NCBI GenBank assembly: GCA_051942205.1
Contig: JAVECO010000002.1
Span: 62,001 to 126,000 of the forward strand
Source: Coniocarpon cinnabarinum
Lineage: Eukaryota
Direction: 5' to 3'
DNA length: 64,000 nt
Shown here: in pieces, positions 39,765-50,079 of the stretch
Numbering within the stretch: position 1 is the stretch's first letter
Layout of the letters: each line of letters starts with the position of its first letter
Made by a program: the position numbers and the translations under genes
The notes under the pieces: model-generated
What the model saw: the letters and a program-made list of their open reading frames with translations, nothing else
What the model was told of the DNA's origin: nothing
Database searches by the model: none

Positions 39765-40871
39765 TCACCCTGCAGGTCGGTACAGTCTCTCTCTCTCTGC
39801 GTCTTCTTCTTTCTCGCTCATCACATCCTTGGCCGCGCCTGCAAAAAACTCCTCTTGACTCACCCTGACTTTGTTGCTTGCCACAGCTGTGTCCAGCTCT
39901 ACGAACTTCTTTCTTACTGCATCTACTGTCGCTTTAGCTGCATTGAAGCACATCTCACTCGGTGGGAGGGTGACTGCAAGGTTGGTATTCTCCGTCATTT
40001 GACATGCAAAGAACATAAAGCGTCCGGTCTTGATCTCCAACTCTGCAAAGTGCGCACTACTAGTCTGTACCCGACAGTGTTTTGCTAACGAATGCTTGTG
40101 CGTCTTCAAGATTGCTGCAAGGCGTTCGAAGCGATCGGTTAAAGGATTGCCCTCCTCGTCTTCACGCGTGACCTTGGTGATGGTCAGACATGTCGTCCGT
40201 TCGTAGAGAATCAGCTCTCGCGCATCAGTAATCCGAGCTAGTCTCTGCATGAGCGTTTCAAGCGCCATTGCGTTGGGCACAAGCGTGTGTATGACTGCGG
40301 TCCATGCTCGATACAAACTCTGGTCCCAAATGCTGGTCGCGTAGAACACAACAGTGCTCTGAAACGTCTCACTCTGCCGCCGTACCTGCACGCTGCGATC
40401 CGCAAAGATCTTACCTCGCAAATGTGCCTGCACAAGGTCCATCTTGTGCAATAGCACAAACACCTGCGCTTCCTTACTGTTCTCACCAAGCGCTCGGCAT
40501 ACAGCGGCATAGTTCGCCACATCGGCACCAAAGTCCCTGCTCTCAATATCGAATACGAAGATAAGCACAGCGACATTGCTGAACACTTCCTCACGCTTGC
40601 CTGCCCCACGTGTCAAGTACGACTCCATGAACGAATCTTGCCCTCCGCAGTCCCAGAGGTTGAGAGTCAGGTTGCCCATAAAGCGTATGTTAGAGTGCTC
40701 GACGTCGATGGTGGCGCCGAGGCGGCGGACGTCCCGCGCCACGTAATTGGAGAAGACAATGGAGCGCATGGAAGACTTGCCGGCGCCAGACTTGCCCATC
40801 AGGAGCACCTTGCGTGGCTTGGACTTCTTCGCTGGGCCTGAAGAGGCGGATATTACACCGCTAGGGGCCAT
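39765..40871 (-). CDS. GTR1: Rag A/B small GTPase Gtr1
   Basis: KVLLMGKSGAGKSSMRSIVFSNY, LGATIDVEHS, LWDCGGQD, HKMDL and TSIWDQSLYRAW. Confidence 0.96.
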   Translation of the reverse strand: MAPSGVISASSGPAKKSKPRKVLLMGKSGAGKSSMRSIVFSNYVARDVRRLGATIDVEHSNIRFMGNLTLNLWDCGGQDSFMESYLTRGAGKREEVFSNVAVLIFVFDIESRDFGADVANYAAVCRALGENSKEAQVFVLLHKMDLVQAHLRGKIFADRSVQVRRQSETFQSTVVFYATSIWDQSLYRAWTAVIHTLVPNAMALETLMQRLARITDARELILYERTTCLTITKVTREDEEGNPLTDRFERLAAILKTHKHSLAKHCRVQTSSAHFAELEIKTGRFMFFACQMTENTNLAVTLPPSEMCFNAAKATVDAVRKKFVELDTAVASNKVRVSQEEFFAGAAKDVMSEKEEDAERERLYRPAG

Positions 40872-41161
40872 GCTGAAAGCAGAGGATCTGCTCTGAGATC
40901 CAGAAGTCCCGTGCGAGTGTTGCCTCGTCCAGACGACGGCGTTCCGCGGCTAGTGATAGGGTGTGGAAGTTGCTCAGAAATTTACCGGATGTGGCATCAT
41001 CGTATGTGGCTGTAAGAGCTCACCTGGCGCTACGCTGAGTGGCTGAGTTCATAATAGGGAGATATACCTAACATTACCTAGCAGAAACTACGCATCTTAG
41101 CTAGAAATTTGACTTGCATAAATATAAGCACGGACTCCTCTTGATTGATCGGACCTATGAA

Positions 41162-41352
41162 GACCTCGTCAGAGCCCTCGTCGGAGCACTTGCCAGATCC
41201 CTCGTTAGAGCACTTGTCGTAACTCTGGTCAGAGCACCTGTCAGAACTCGCGTAAGGACTCCCAAAGTAATTCCCGTAAGATCTTCCTAAAGCAGACCTC
41301 ATGAGAACTCTCGTAAGGGCCCTCGTCAGAGCCCGGGCGAGCACCTGACAAA
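41162..41352. repeat. Degenerate 12-bp minisatellite (~16 units)
   Basis: Units gacctcgtcaga/gccctcgtcgga/gcacttgccaga/tccctcgttaga/gcacttgtcgta/actctggtcaga/gcacctgtcaga and onward. Confidence 0.75.
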
Positions 41353-41454
41353 ACTGCCATCATTTGAACTTACTTAGACGCGTACTGCTGCTTTTCTTTC
41401 CCCGTAGGCGCAGCCTTAATTCCAAACCAATCTGAATACGCTCTCAAGTCAACG

Positions 41455-42732
41455 ATGAAAAGTCAAAGTACTCAAATTGCCAACTATCAACCCAACATGG
41501 GCCACTTCCAACAACTCTCACCCGAGCTCCGGTACCAGATTTGGGCAATGCTTCCGCAAAATACATCTATGCTTCTCGCGAGCCGCGCAGTGAGGGAAGA
41601 TATCTTGGCACAGCTTGATCTGATTCTAGATATCAGCGGCAAACCCTACGCAGTGTCCCGATACAGGAAATCCTCGTGTCGACTGTGGCCCACGGAAATC
41701 GCGGTGCAACACCAGCTTGGAAAATATCCACCTCTCTATCCAACTTTTCGCCGCTTCGACTCGGCAACTGAAGCTCACTACACGGAAAGCTTTCAGAGAC
41801 ACCTGCATCTCTACCGAAGCTTGACAATAAATCTAATGGGTCCTCATCGCATGAACTTAATTGAAGAAATGTTAAGGATTTATAATTCTCTCCTGTGGGT
41901 CACGAGACTCTTGGTTGAGTCTGCAAAACTCGAGCTCCCTGCGATCACAGTAGTGTTTCAAGAAGAAACCGGTAGAAGGGAATGGCAGGAAGAAGATTGA
42001 CAAGCAATTTGGAGAAGTGTGTACGGCCAACCTGTGTATGATCGCCATCACCCCATAAATGAAATCGACTGGTATGAGCAATCCGACATTTGGATATGCC
42101 TACGACTTCTACGACAACTTCGAAACATAAGACAGCTTTCGATCGTGTGTCCAGCAGGTATCAAGCGTCATTGGATATGGCCTGTCATTTCCGAAGAATG
42201 TGCTAAGATCAAGACGCTTGCGCATTCGCCAAGATTACTCGGAACTCAAGACGGCGATCAGAAAATCTCAGAAGAGATCGACCTCCGCACGAGCTTTTTT
42301 GAAATGGCGCTGGAGAGATTGGAGGGCTGTTCGTTGCTCCGCAGAGAGCGACATGCTTTCTGGTGTGCAAAATACGAAGAGGAGGCATGTCGACGACTAG
42401 AAAATGCGAGACATGCCGATGGCAAGGAAGCTATATTTTGTAAAGTCGCGCGTCGCAAGCTAGCGGAAAATCGCTTGGTCACAGAGATGTATAACCCTCT
42501 TGGGTGGCAATTTGACCGTATCTACTGGGGATCCTCCACGTGGGTAAAGTCATTTGTGAATCACTACCGGCAACGTCTCAGGCAGGAATTGGGATTGGAC
42601 CAAGATACAACCTCATCCCCCGCGGCCTGGTTGCTGGTGGGAATGGAAGCCAAATTCTTCACACCTTCAATACATAGGTATGGCTCGATGCGATTCAAAT
42701 ACCATCGAAGCCTGTGCGAATCTTGGTCATAG
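41455..42732 (+). pseudogene. Hypothetical protein with N-terminal F-box/2EXR-like motif, interrupted by one in-frame TGA
   Basis: HFQQLSPELRYQIWAML motif. ORFs 41455-42000 and 42019-42732 are in the same frame and separated only by TGA 41998-42000. Confidence 0.6.
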
Positions 42733-42949
42733 TTGCTGTCAGTGCCGGCCATGATTGTCCAGAACACTTCAACGATACTTTCGTCGCTTATATTCAGCCA
42801 CCTGTGCCAGGCGCGCCTCCCTTCCGCAGGCATCCACTGACTACTCAAGACGATCGCGACTTGCCTCTACCGAGACGAATGGGGCAAACATCTTCTCTAG
42901 GCAGTACGTCGTCCCTTTACCAGTAATTACGCCTAAGCACAGCTCGCAA

Positions 42950-43545
42950 AATTTTCTAATAGCATGGCTCTCCCACTTCCTCGCTCGCAGCAACCCCTCA
43001 ATAATCGATCCGCATGTCGCTGCTTTTTCTCGCGCTACTTCGCCGTCTACCTCGTCTTGAACTCAGACGCTCTGGAGCCTAACCCAGCGCCTCTGCCCAC
43101 TTACCAAAGCACGTCCTCTACCTTCGAGCAGCGCCTTTTCTTGGCCCCCACTGCATTTATCATCAGAATTACACTCCTCAGCATCGACATGATCGTCGTC
43201 ATCTGCTTAGCGCTCTATCGTCCACGCAAGATACTGCATCTGAAACCAACGAGTATTGCCGCGATCGTGGAGCTAGCGTCGGCAAGCCACCTCCTCGAAG
43301 ATTTGGTCGCCGGTAGAGAAACAAGCTCTTCTGGAGCATGGGATGAGAAGAAAGGGCCAAGTAAACGGCGCCGCTGAGCGCATCTTGAAGAAGATGGGCG
43401 CTTCTTTGGGTATGGATTGTTTCGGGGCACGGACGCGCGGAATCACGTTGGGATTGAGAAGTGGCCGCTTGTCGCGGCGGGTGAGGCGCGGGATGTGCGG
43501 TGGTTGTGGTGGAGACAAGGGAGGTCACGGTGGATGAGATGGTGA
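42950..43545 (+). pseudogene. 3' remnant of a third DUF3433-like paralogue (copy C)
   Basis: NFLIAWLSHFLARSNPSIIDP / RYFAVYLVLN...QRLFLAPTAFII...RPRKILHLKPTSIAAIV...SHLLEDL / FGYGLFRGTDARNHVGIE match the C-termini of copies A and B. Frameshift at 43013-43032 and TGA at 43375-43377. Confidence 0.8.
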
Positions 43546-43845
43546 GGGCTGCGATGACGATGAGCGTGTCTAGTGTTCGAGGACTAGACGAGAGCTGTCA
43601 GCCTCAGTGTGGCTAGTCAAAGATATTGCCACCCTCCAGCTGGGCTTTTAGTGCCGCGACCTGTATTAGCTCTTGATGCTAGATTCCGAGGCTCTCTACG
43701 TCTCTTCACACATCGATTCCGGGAATTTAGCACCTGACTTCCCCTCCTCGCTGCATCTTGCAAGTTAGCCGCGTCATTGACCTCAGGCTCCCGCTGCGTA
43801 ATAACAAAGAGCAATCTCTCCTCTTCTGTAAAATCGGCTCGCCCC

Positions 43846-44226
43846 TCAATGACCTCCATTTGTATTTCCCGCACTGACCATCCACTCCCTGCCGCCGTTG
43901 CATCGACAGAACCCTAGCCCCCACAGATTCCCAGCAGGATCATACCGCCACCACTCCTCAAACGGATCATTTTGCTTGTCAAACACGCACTCGACGCTCG
44001 TTGTACTGTTCGTGCCGCACTTGGGAATGCAGGTGTCGAGTTTGTTGTCGACCGGTTTTTTGAGTGTCAGTGGGAGGTAGTAGAAGCGACAGACACCTTT
44101 CGCGGCGAGGGCGGGGGTTTGAGCGTCGTATTCGGATTTCTCTTGGTGTGGGTAGTGCGTGTTCCATGCCAGGGTGGGAAGGGCGAGAGCGGAGATAGCG
44201 ATGAGGAAAGTAAGCGGGATGAACAT
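43846..44226 (-). CDS. Small secreted cysteine-rich protein (effector candidate)
   Basis: Hydrophobic signal MFIPLTFLIAISALALPTLA and 6 Cys in ~106 mature residues. A possible GTCAGT donor near 43876 could alter the C-terminus. Confidence 0.7.
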   Translation of the reverse strand: MFIPLTFLIAISALALPTLAWNTHYPHQEKSEYDAQTPALAAKGVCRFYYLPLTLKKPVDNKLDTCIPKCGTNSTTSVECVFDKQNDPFEEWWRYDPAGNLWGLGFCRCNGGREWMVSAGNTNGGH

Positions 44227-45239
44227 TGCGGTGGTGCTGATGCGATCTTGGATCCAATATGATGAGATGAGATAAGGGTGTTGGCCTCTTTATGCACTTA
44301 ACTCAGCTGTATTCTTGACGAGCTGGGCGTGAAAACTCGCTGTATATTTCGTGGAGCACAAGTAATCTATCAGATACAGCTTGGATTCCTATTCCGAGGA
44401 TGAAGGAGATCTTTCCTGATCTCAAATGACGCAATCAAGGTGAAGGTACGAAAGAAAACGTGTGAAGATAAGAAAGGTCAACAGCGTCCTCGTTCTACAT
44501 CTTAAGACCTGAGCCGAGCAGGCAGGCAGTGAGTCCTACACTCTGCAGGCGCAGCGTTCCAGCCATTGCAGCCGTTGACTTGCATATGGCACAAGACGGG
44601 ATCTTGCAGATACAGCCAAAGCAAGCCGCCGTATCGCAGACCTACCTCTGTCCTAACAAGGCAAGTGCACCATGGGGCTGAATGCCAAACGCGGGTCAAT
44701 GGGGCGAACGCGACGAGGCGAGTCGACTATCAGCAAACGCTGCACTGCCGCCGCTGCGAAGTTGCTGAGCGGCATGATTTTACATCAACTGATTCTGGAT
44801 CAAGGAATAGTAGGCGGGACTCTGTTACTGCAGGCAGCGAGCTGAAGCGTGAGCGGCTCCCTGAGTCCGGTTTGGCAGAGCGTGCAACGGCTCGGGGGAG
44901 GGGGTTGTCGCAAGCAGATTAGAGCATGCAAGGCCATATTGACGAGCACTCGGATGAGAGGTCAACTCTGCAGGGCAAGGCTGAGGTCTGATCTCTTCTT
45001 CACAAACCAGTCTCAACGGTGATGATTGGGTTCTTTGTTAATCAACAGGACATCAGCTCGATTTAAAGTGAAGTGCACATGGTCTCGGGTCTTTCGGGAG
45101 CTCCTTGAACGTCAAACAATGTTGCCGTCAGAGCGAATGCGAGCAGTTGCTCGAAAGTTGTCCAGTCTGCTGAGCTGCTGCGCATCATCAGGGGATCGTG
45201 GAAGCGAACCGAGTCAAAAGGCTGCTCCCGCGCCAGAGA

Positions 45240-45284
45240 CACGTGACTTATGCTCACGTGACTCTGCATCTCCATCGTCACGTG
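45240..45284. promoter_or_regulatory. Cluster of three CACGTG E-boxes (Cbf1-type TCACGTG on one strand or the other)
   Basis: CACGTGAC at 45240, TCACGTGAC at 45254 and GTCACGTG at 45277, in the divergent intergenic region between the Cys-rich gene and the Hsp70-like gene. Confidence 0.4.
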
Positions 45285-45996
45285 TCCAGGGGTTGCCAAG
45301 ACTCTCATACCGTGAGTAGGAAACCTTGCCTGTGACCTTTGTTTTTCTTCTTCCTAATATCTCAAGAACGAGAAATCTAGCGCTAGCAATCTTATACTCA
45401 ATGGTGGGTAAGATCTGGCACACTCAAGCTCCTAGCATGATATCCGACACCCTCTCTCCTCTGCTTTTCTCGGATCAGACGTCTTTGTTGACTTTTCGCT
45501 TCTTCATCTGGTTCAAGATGCCAGCACCAATTCTTCGCGTCTCTACAAATGCAGATTGACCTCAATTGCTTGCGCCAATGTTCTATTCTTCGCGCTGCAG
45601 CGTCTCAAGGTCTCCTATCCCGTTTATCTTGACATTGATGTGCTGTCGGCGCTGGAAACACATTCAGGTTCGAAGGTGCTCTCCGATCTCAATCAATAAA
45701 AGAGAGCCAACTCTGCTCGCCGGTAGAGTGAAATACAAAGAAGTTTGATGGATACATCACACTTATTTTGGTTCACCGATCACGCTCCAAACTCCGCAGA
45801 CTTGTCCTGCGACGCCCCCCGGGACGATGGCACCTCATGCAGTCAGCGTTTGCCTCACTGACCGAGAGAGACAGGGGTTTCCGGCAGTAGCTGTCCATAT
45901 CTTGGCGTCAACTTCTTTCCAGGTCAGGGTGCATGTCTTTCTTTTCAACCACCTCTCGACATGTCCATCTCGTCTTGAGCACACCGTTCCGAAGAA

Positions 45997-47118
45997 ATGT
46001 CAATAAGACGCTGCGTCTGTCTTGTCTGTGCACTCCTGGCAACTTTTGCTGTATGGACGATGGCGCCGACCAGAAGCTTAAAGTCCACAACTCCTGGAAC
46101 CTCCACAGCTGTGGGTGTTGGCTTTTCCTTTGAGCCAGACTATGGGTGAGATACAAGACCTCGACATTCACAAGGACCTGCCAGCGTTTTGACACTTCGT
46201 AGCACCGTCGCATGTCGCTATAGCGACGGCACTATTACAAACATCGCCCGTGTGGGAGCAAATCAAAGGTACAAGAGTATGATGCAACGCTTATCTCGCG
46301 ACTCTGCCGCTCACCCGAGCCCCCCTTATCGAAACGCCGAAGAGATGTGGCAAGACGTGCCTCGCCAACTGATTCGGCGAGCCCGGAAAGCCACCGGCCT
46401 CCCCGCATCCTCGGATGTAGGGATTCTAGCCGAGCTGCTCCAACAGTTGCGAGAACGCGCCGAGTCGCACATATCGCAAAGCGTTGGTACAGCCGTAGTC
46501 GCTTACTCGGCTTTACTTGGACTATATACCGAGGCGATTAGCTACGCGACGGACTACCTGAGAGTACGTGCCTTGACTGGATACTTTTTCAACCAACCGC
46601 GACATATCTTTGCGGCGTATTCGGGTCATGGAATGGGCATGTGCGATCATGGCGGCGATTACAGTCACTGCAGGGACGAACTCCTGTCCCTGCCGGTGCG
46701 AGAAGTTTTACTCGTTGAGTGTGCATCTCAGGCACTATTGTTACACGTAGAGAAAGTGAGGGCAGCTACTGATACCGCTGATCCCGACGTGACTGCAACG
46801 GTTGCACTCGATGAAGGTCAAGGTGAGAACAATTCTCCCTTGGACCCACCTCGACTGAATATGGAGGTTTTGCAAGTTTTGCAAAGCTATTATCGTTTAC
46901 TTGAACGACCAAAGGAGATGACTGTCATCATCAGTGGGGACAGGGCTCATGAAACGCTTATTGTTACAACCGTCATCGAAGCAGTGAGAAGCTTTGGAAC
47001 GGAGCCACACATGCTAACGGATGAGCCCCTTTTCATCAATTCCCGAGGCGCTGCTCACCTAGCATGGTGTGCTAGCGTCGGTCAAGAGACTTCAGCATCG
47101 GCGGATCTGAGGCGATAG
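45997..47118 (+). CDS. Secreted/anchored protein with divergent Hsp70-like (actin-like ATPase) fold, 2 exons
   Basis: Exon 1 MSIRRCVCLVCALLATFAVWTMA...VGVGFSFEPDYG, intron 46146-46202, then TVACRYSDG, LLQQLRERAESHISQSVGTAVVA, VIISGDRA and PLFINSRGAAHLA. Confidence 0.7.
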
Positions 47119-47498
47119 CCAGCCTAGAGAAGATCTTGAGGATGAGGCAAATACGAGTAAAACGTTTCTCCGCTTGCAAAATTATCTGCGCTTAGCGACT
47201 CAGTGTACTATGGAATTTCAATCCGTTGTGCACTATGGACGGCTTTTCTGTCCCCTTAGCGCTGTCAACGCCCAATCATTCCACCAAACGCAGTCGTTCT
47301 AAATTTCATAAACAATATGATGAGATAACCTTTCAGCCATGATGGCCGACAGAAAGAAGAACGACTCTTGATGTTTTTCGAATGGCGCAGATAGGTCGCT
47401 TGGTCAGCTGCGGAGGACGCTGAGGCAATTGCCGTCGACAGTTCCGGCCTGCTAGTTTGAAAGTAGTAGCGCGGAATAACCGTGCTGGTGGCAACGTG

Positions 47499-48792
47499 TC
47501 AACATTCGCCTATAAATCGACGCAATTCGTGTGCAGGGAACCGAGGCTGGCTCAGATCCCAGTCAGAAGGCATCTCTGTCAGTGTGGATCCGGGTAGATC
47601 AAGCCCTGCATAGCCAATCGATCGGCTTGCCTGTCCGCACCGCGATGGAGGCTCTTGTCTTGGAGTCGGAAAGTCTTCGTCATCTCTCGAAGCTCTTCCA
47701 ATGCACATACGTAGCTTCTGCAAGCACAACGCAGGCATAGTTGATGGGGCTTTTGGGCGCTCGTCTGAGCGTTCGTCTCCACGTTTTGGTACGCGCTCCT
47801 CTCGGGCTTTCTTGAACAGTTGAAAACAAGTCGGAAGAGAAACGCTAACAATTGAGACTGGAGCTTCGCACTGTAGCCATTCAACGTAGCTGATAAGTGA
47901 CCCTGGAAGAGCGAGTGGTAAGCACTTTTGAGAGCCTCAAGTGGTCAATGAGACTCACAAGCTGGATCTTCTTCCAGATGACCGCGCGTCTTGGCAACTG
48001 CTACGAGACGTCCAATCGATACAACAATGACGCTGCAAGACTTTAGCAAACCAGTGAAGCATTACTGCTGCTCAATCAACGGCCTGACCTATAACCACAG
48101 ACGAAGACTGCTACAACCAAGCATCGCTTCAGGCGTGATACGTGCAGACGGGCCAACAGCGGAAGCGATAGCAACAAGATTGTGAGATCGATGAAAGTGC
48201 TGGGGAACGCGAACCCAAGAAAGAGCTTCCACTGCGGAATGCACTGTCCTTGAGGGAGTACCTTGAATTGGTCTTCCAAGTGTTTGCATTGCCAGAACGC
48301 TGTGGACCATGAACCAACCAACCAAGCAACGCAAATACTGCCGAGAGTCCAAAGCACGATAACGAATTACCGACGCGTGCGCTGGAAGATGCGAAAGTAG
48401 AAGAAAAGGACCGAGATTTTGGGAAGCGTGATTGAAAGGGCTGCGCAACATGAAACAACAAACATGAGAATGGGCGCGGCCGAGAGTGCGTCCGCAGAAA
48501 TTAGATTCGAGTGCTTGCCGAGACCATTGGCGATGGCGTAGAGGACTGCAGCATCCTGAGCGAGGATCACTGGCTAAGTGTAAGAAGTACAGTCAGCAAA
48601 GATGATACAACTTCTCGAGCAGCCGCCGTTGATCCACACCAGTGTAGCAATGGCAAAGCCGTCGTCCCAACCAAATCGCCGATTTGCAGGTGCTTTTTGG
48701 ATCGCCAAGCACCGCAGGGCTATAACAAGCGTTGAAAGAACGGATGCGACCACGCAGAGGGCGATCAAGTCTGGCTGTTTAGTGTCGTTCAT
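47499..48792 (-). pseudogene. PTH11-like (non-CFEM, rhodopsin-domain) 7TM protein with one in-frame TAA
   Basis: LRCL...FGWDDGFA, GLGKH, PKISVLFFYFRIF, FWQCK, DLTILLLSLPLLARLHVSRLKR and WLQCEAPVSIVSVSLP. Three canonical introns. TAA at 48367-48369 is in frame between ORFs 48367-48570 and 48076-48357. Confidence 0.8.
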
Positions 48793-50079
48793 CGTGACTC
48801 GTGATGAAAGATTCTTCGTCGAGTCGCAGCCAGAGGAGGGTGAGCAGATACATAGAAGGCACCCTCAGCTGGAAACAGCAGAGCAAGCTCCATTTAAGGG
48901 AAGCTTTTACTCGGTGTCAGTGAGATTTTGTCCTCGCACGGGTTGCATTGCGCCTCTGCAGGCAACACGCACGATGAACAGAGGACGGCATCCTGCATTG
49001 AGGGTGGTATTACTGCACAGTAGTGGATCTTGCCAGGGCCATGTGGAGCCCATGTGCACTACTCTGTAGCATGCGGGTGAAAATCTGCACGGCTGAAGTC
49101 ATGAAGTTCTATGTTTCCACAGGCTGTGTTGGATGCACAGCGCAATGTAAGCCAAGTATGACAGCTGCAATTCGACGTCATGAGGACTTCACGGGCTAGT
49201 GTTATTAATTTGAACTGCTATGGCAGACTTCCCATCGTGCCAAATGACCCGGGCGAGCTTGTCAAGCCTATGCACGGAATGTGATGAAGAGATTTTTCGT
49301 GAGCTGCCCAATAAGCACCTTCGAGGCGCGCAAATATGCATGTGGTTGTTTGTGTCTCTGGCTTGGAACGCGCACGCGCCTGATATTCGTCCATCAGATG
49401 AGTATCGGGGGCTGTCGCATCACATGTAACAATTGTATATCAGCGAGTCGCCTGCTGTCATCAATCTTGGAAATGCTTTGCCGACCTCAACGATAGCTTG
49501 GCCGTTGACTAGTTAGTAGATAGAGGGAGAGTGTCACGTGTCCAACCTGGCTCTCCAAGCTCTCAAGGCCTCTAACCAAATGTATACTAGTGTTGATATC
49601 AACCGCCTCCCGGAGAGGGCACGTGATCAGATCTATAAAAGTGGCCATGTGCCGTGGCAGGAATCTAGGTAGCAATTTTCCGCTTGCTAAGGACATCCTG
49701 CCGACTCATATCACTCCTAGTGCGTTGATGCTGCTTTGTGCTGTATTGTGTGTCATTGAGCACATCAACCGCATAATCGGTGGAAGCGAATTCGCACCGT
49801 GGCAGATACGCTTCGACGTCGCCAGTAATAGAAGTGGCACTTTGGTACTTTGAAAGGGGACAAGAAAAGACGAAGTAAAATGTCGGACGTAAGTACTGTT
49901 TTCCTTGATGCATTGTGGAAAGGATTTATAACAGTACCAAAGCCTACAGCTGAATCTTATACTTCTGTCTCTTTGCTCCTCCGTACATTAGGCGGCTGGG
50001 GTCGCCCCAGTGGCCGCGGTCTTCTGTAAGTACCTGCATTCCTATATCGCCGTTGAGCTCCATGACTGACATCGAAAGA

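Noticed and set aside
41162..41352. Periodic repeats as a CRISPR array
   Set aside because: Units are contiguous 12-mers with no unique spacers, there are no cas genes, and the context is eukaryotic.
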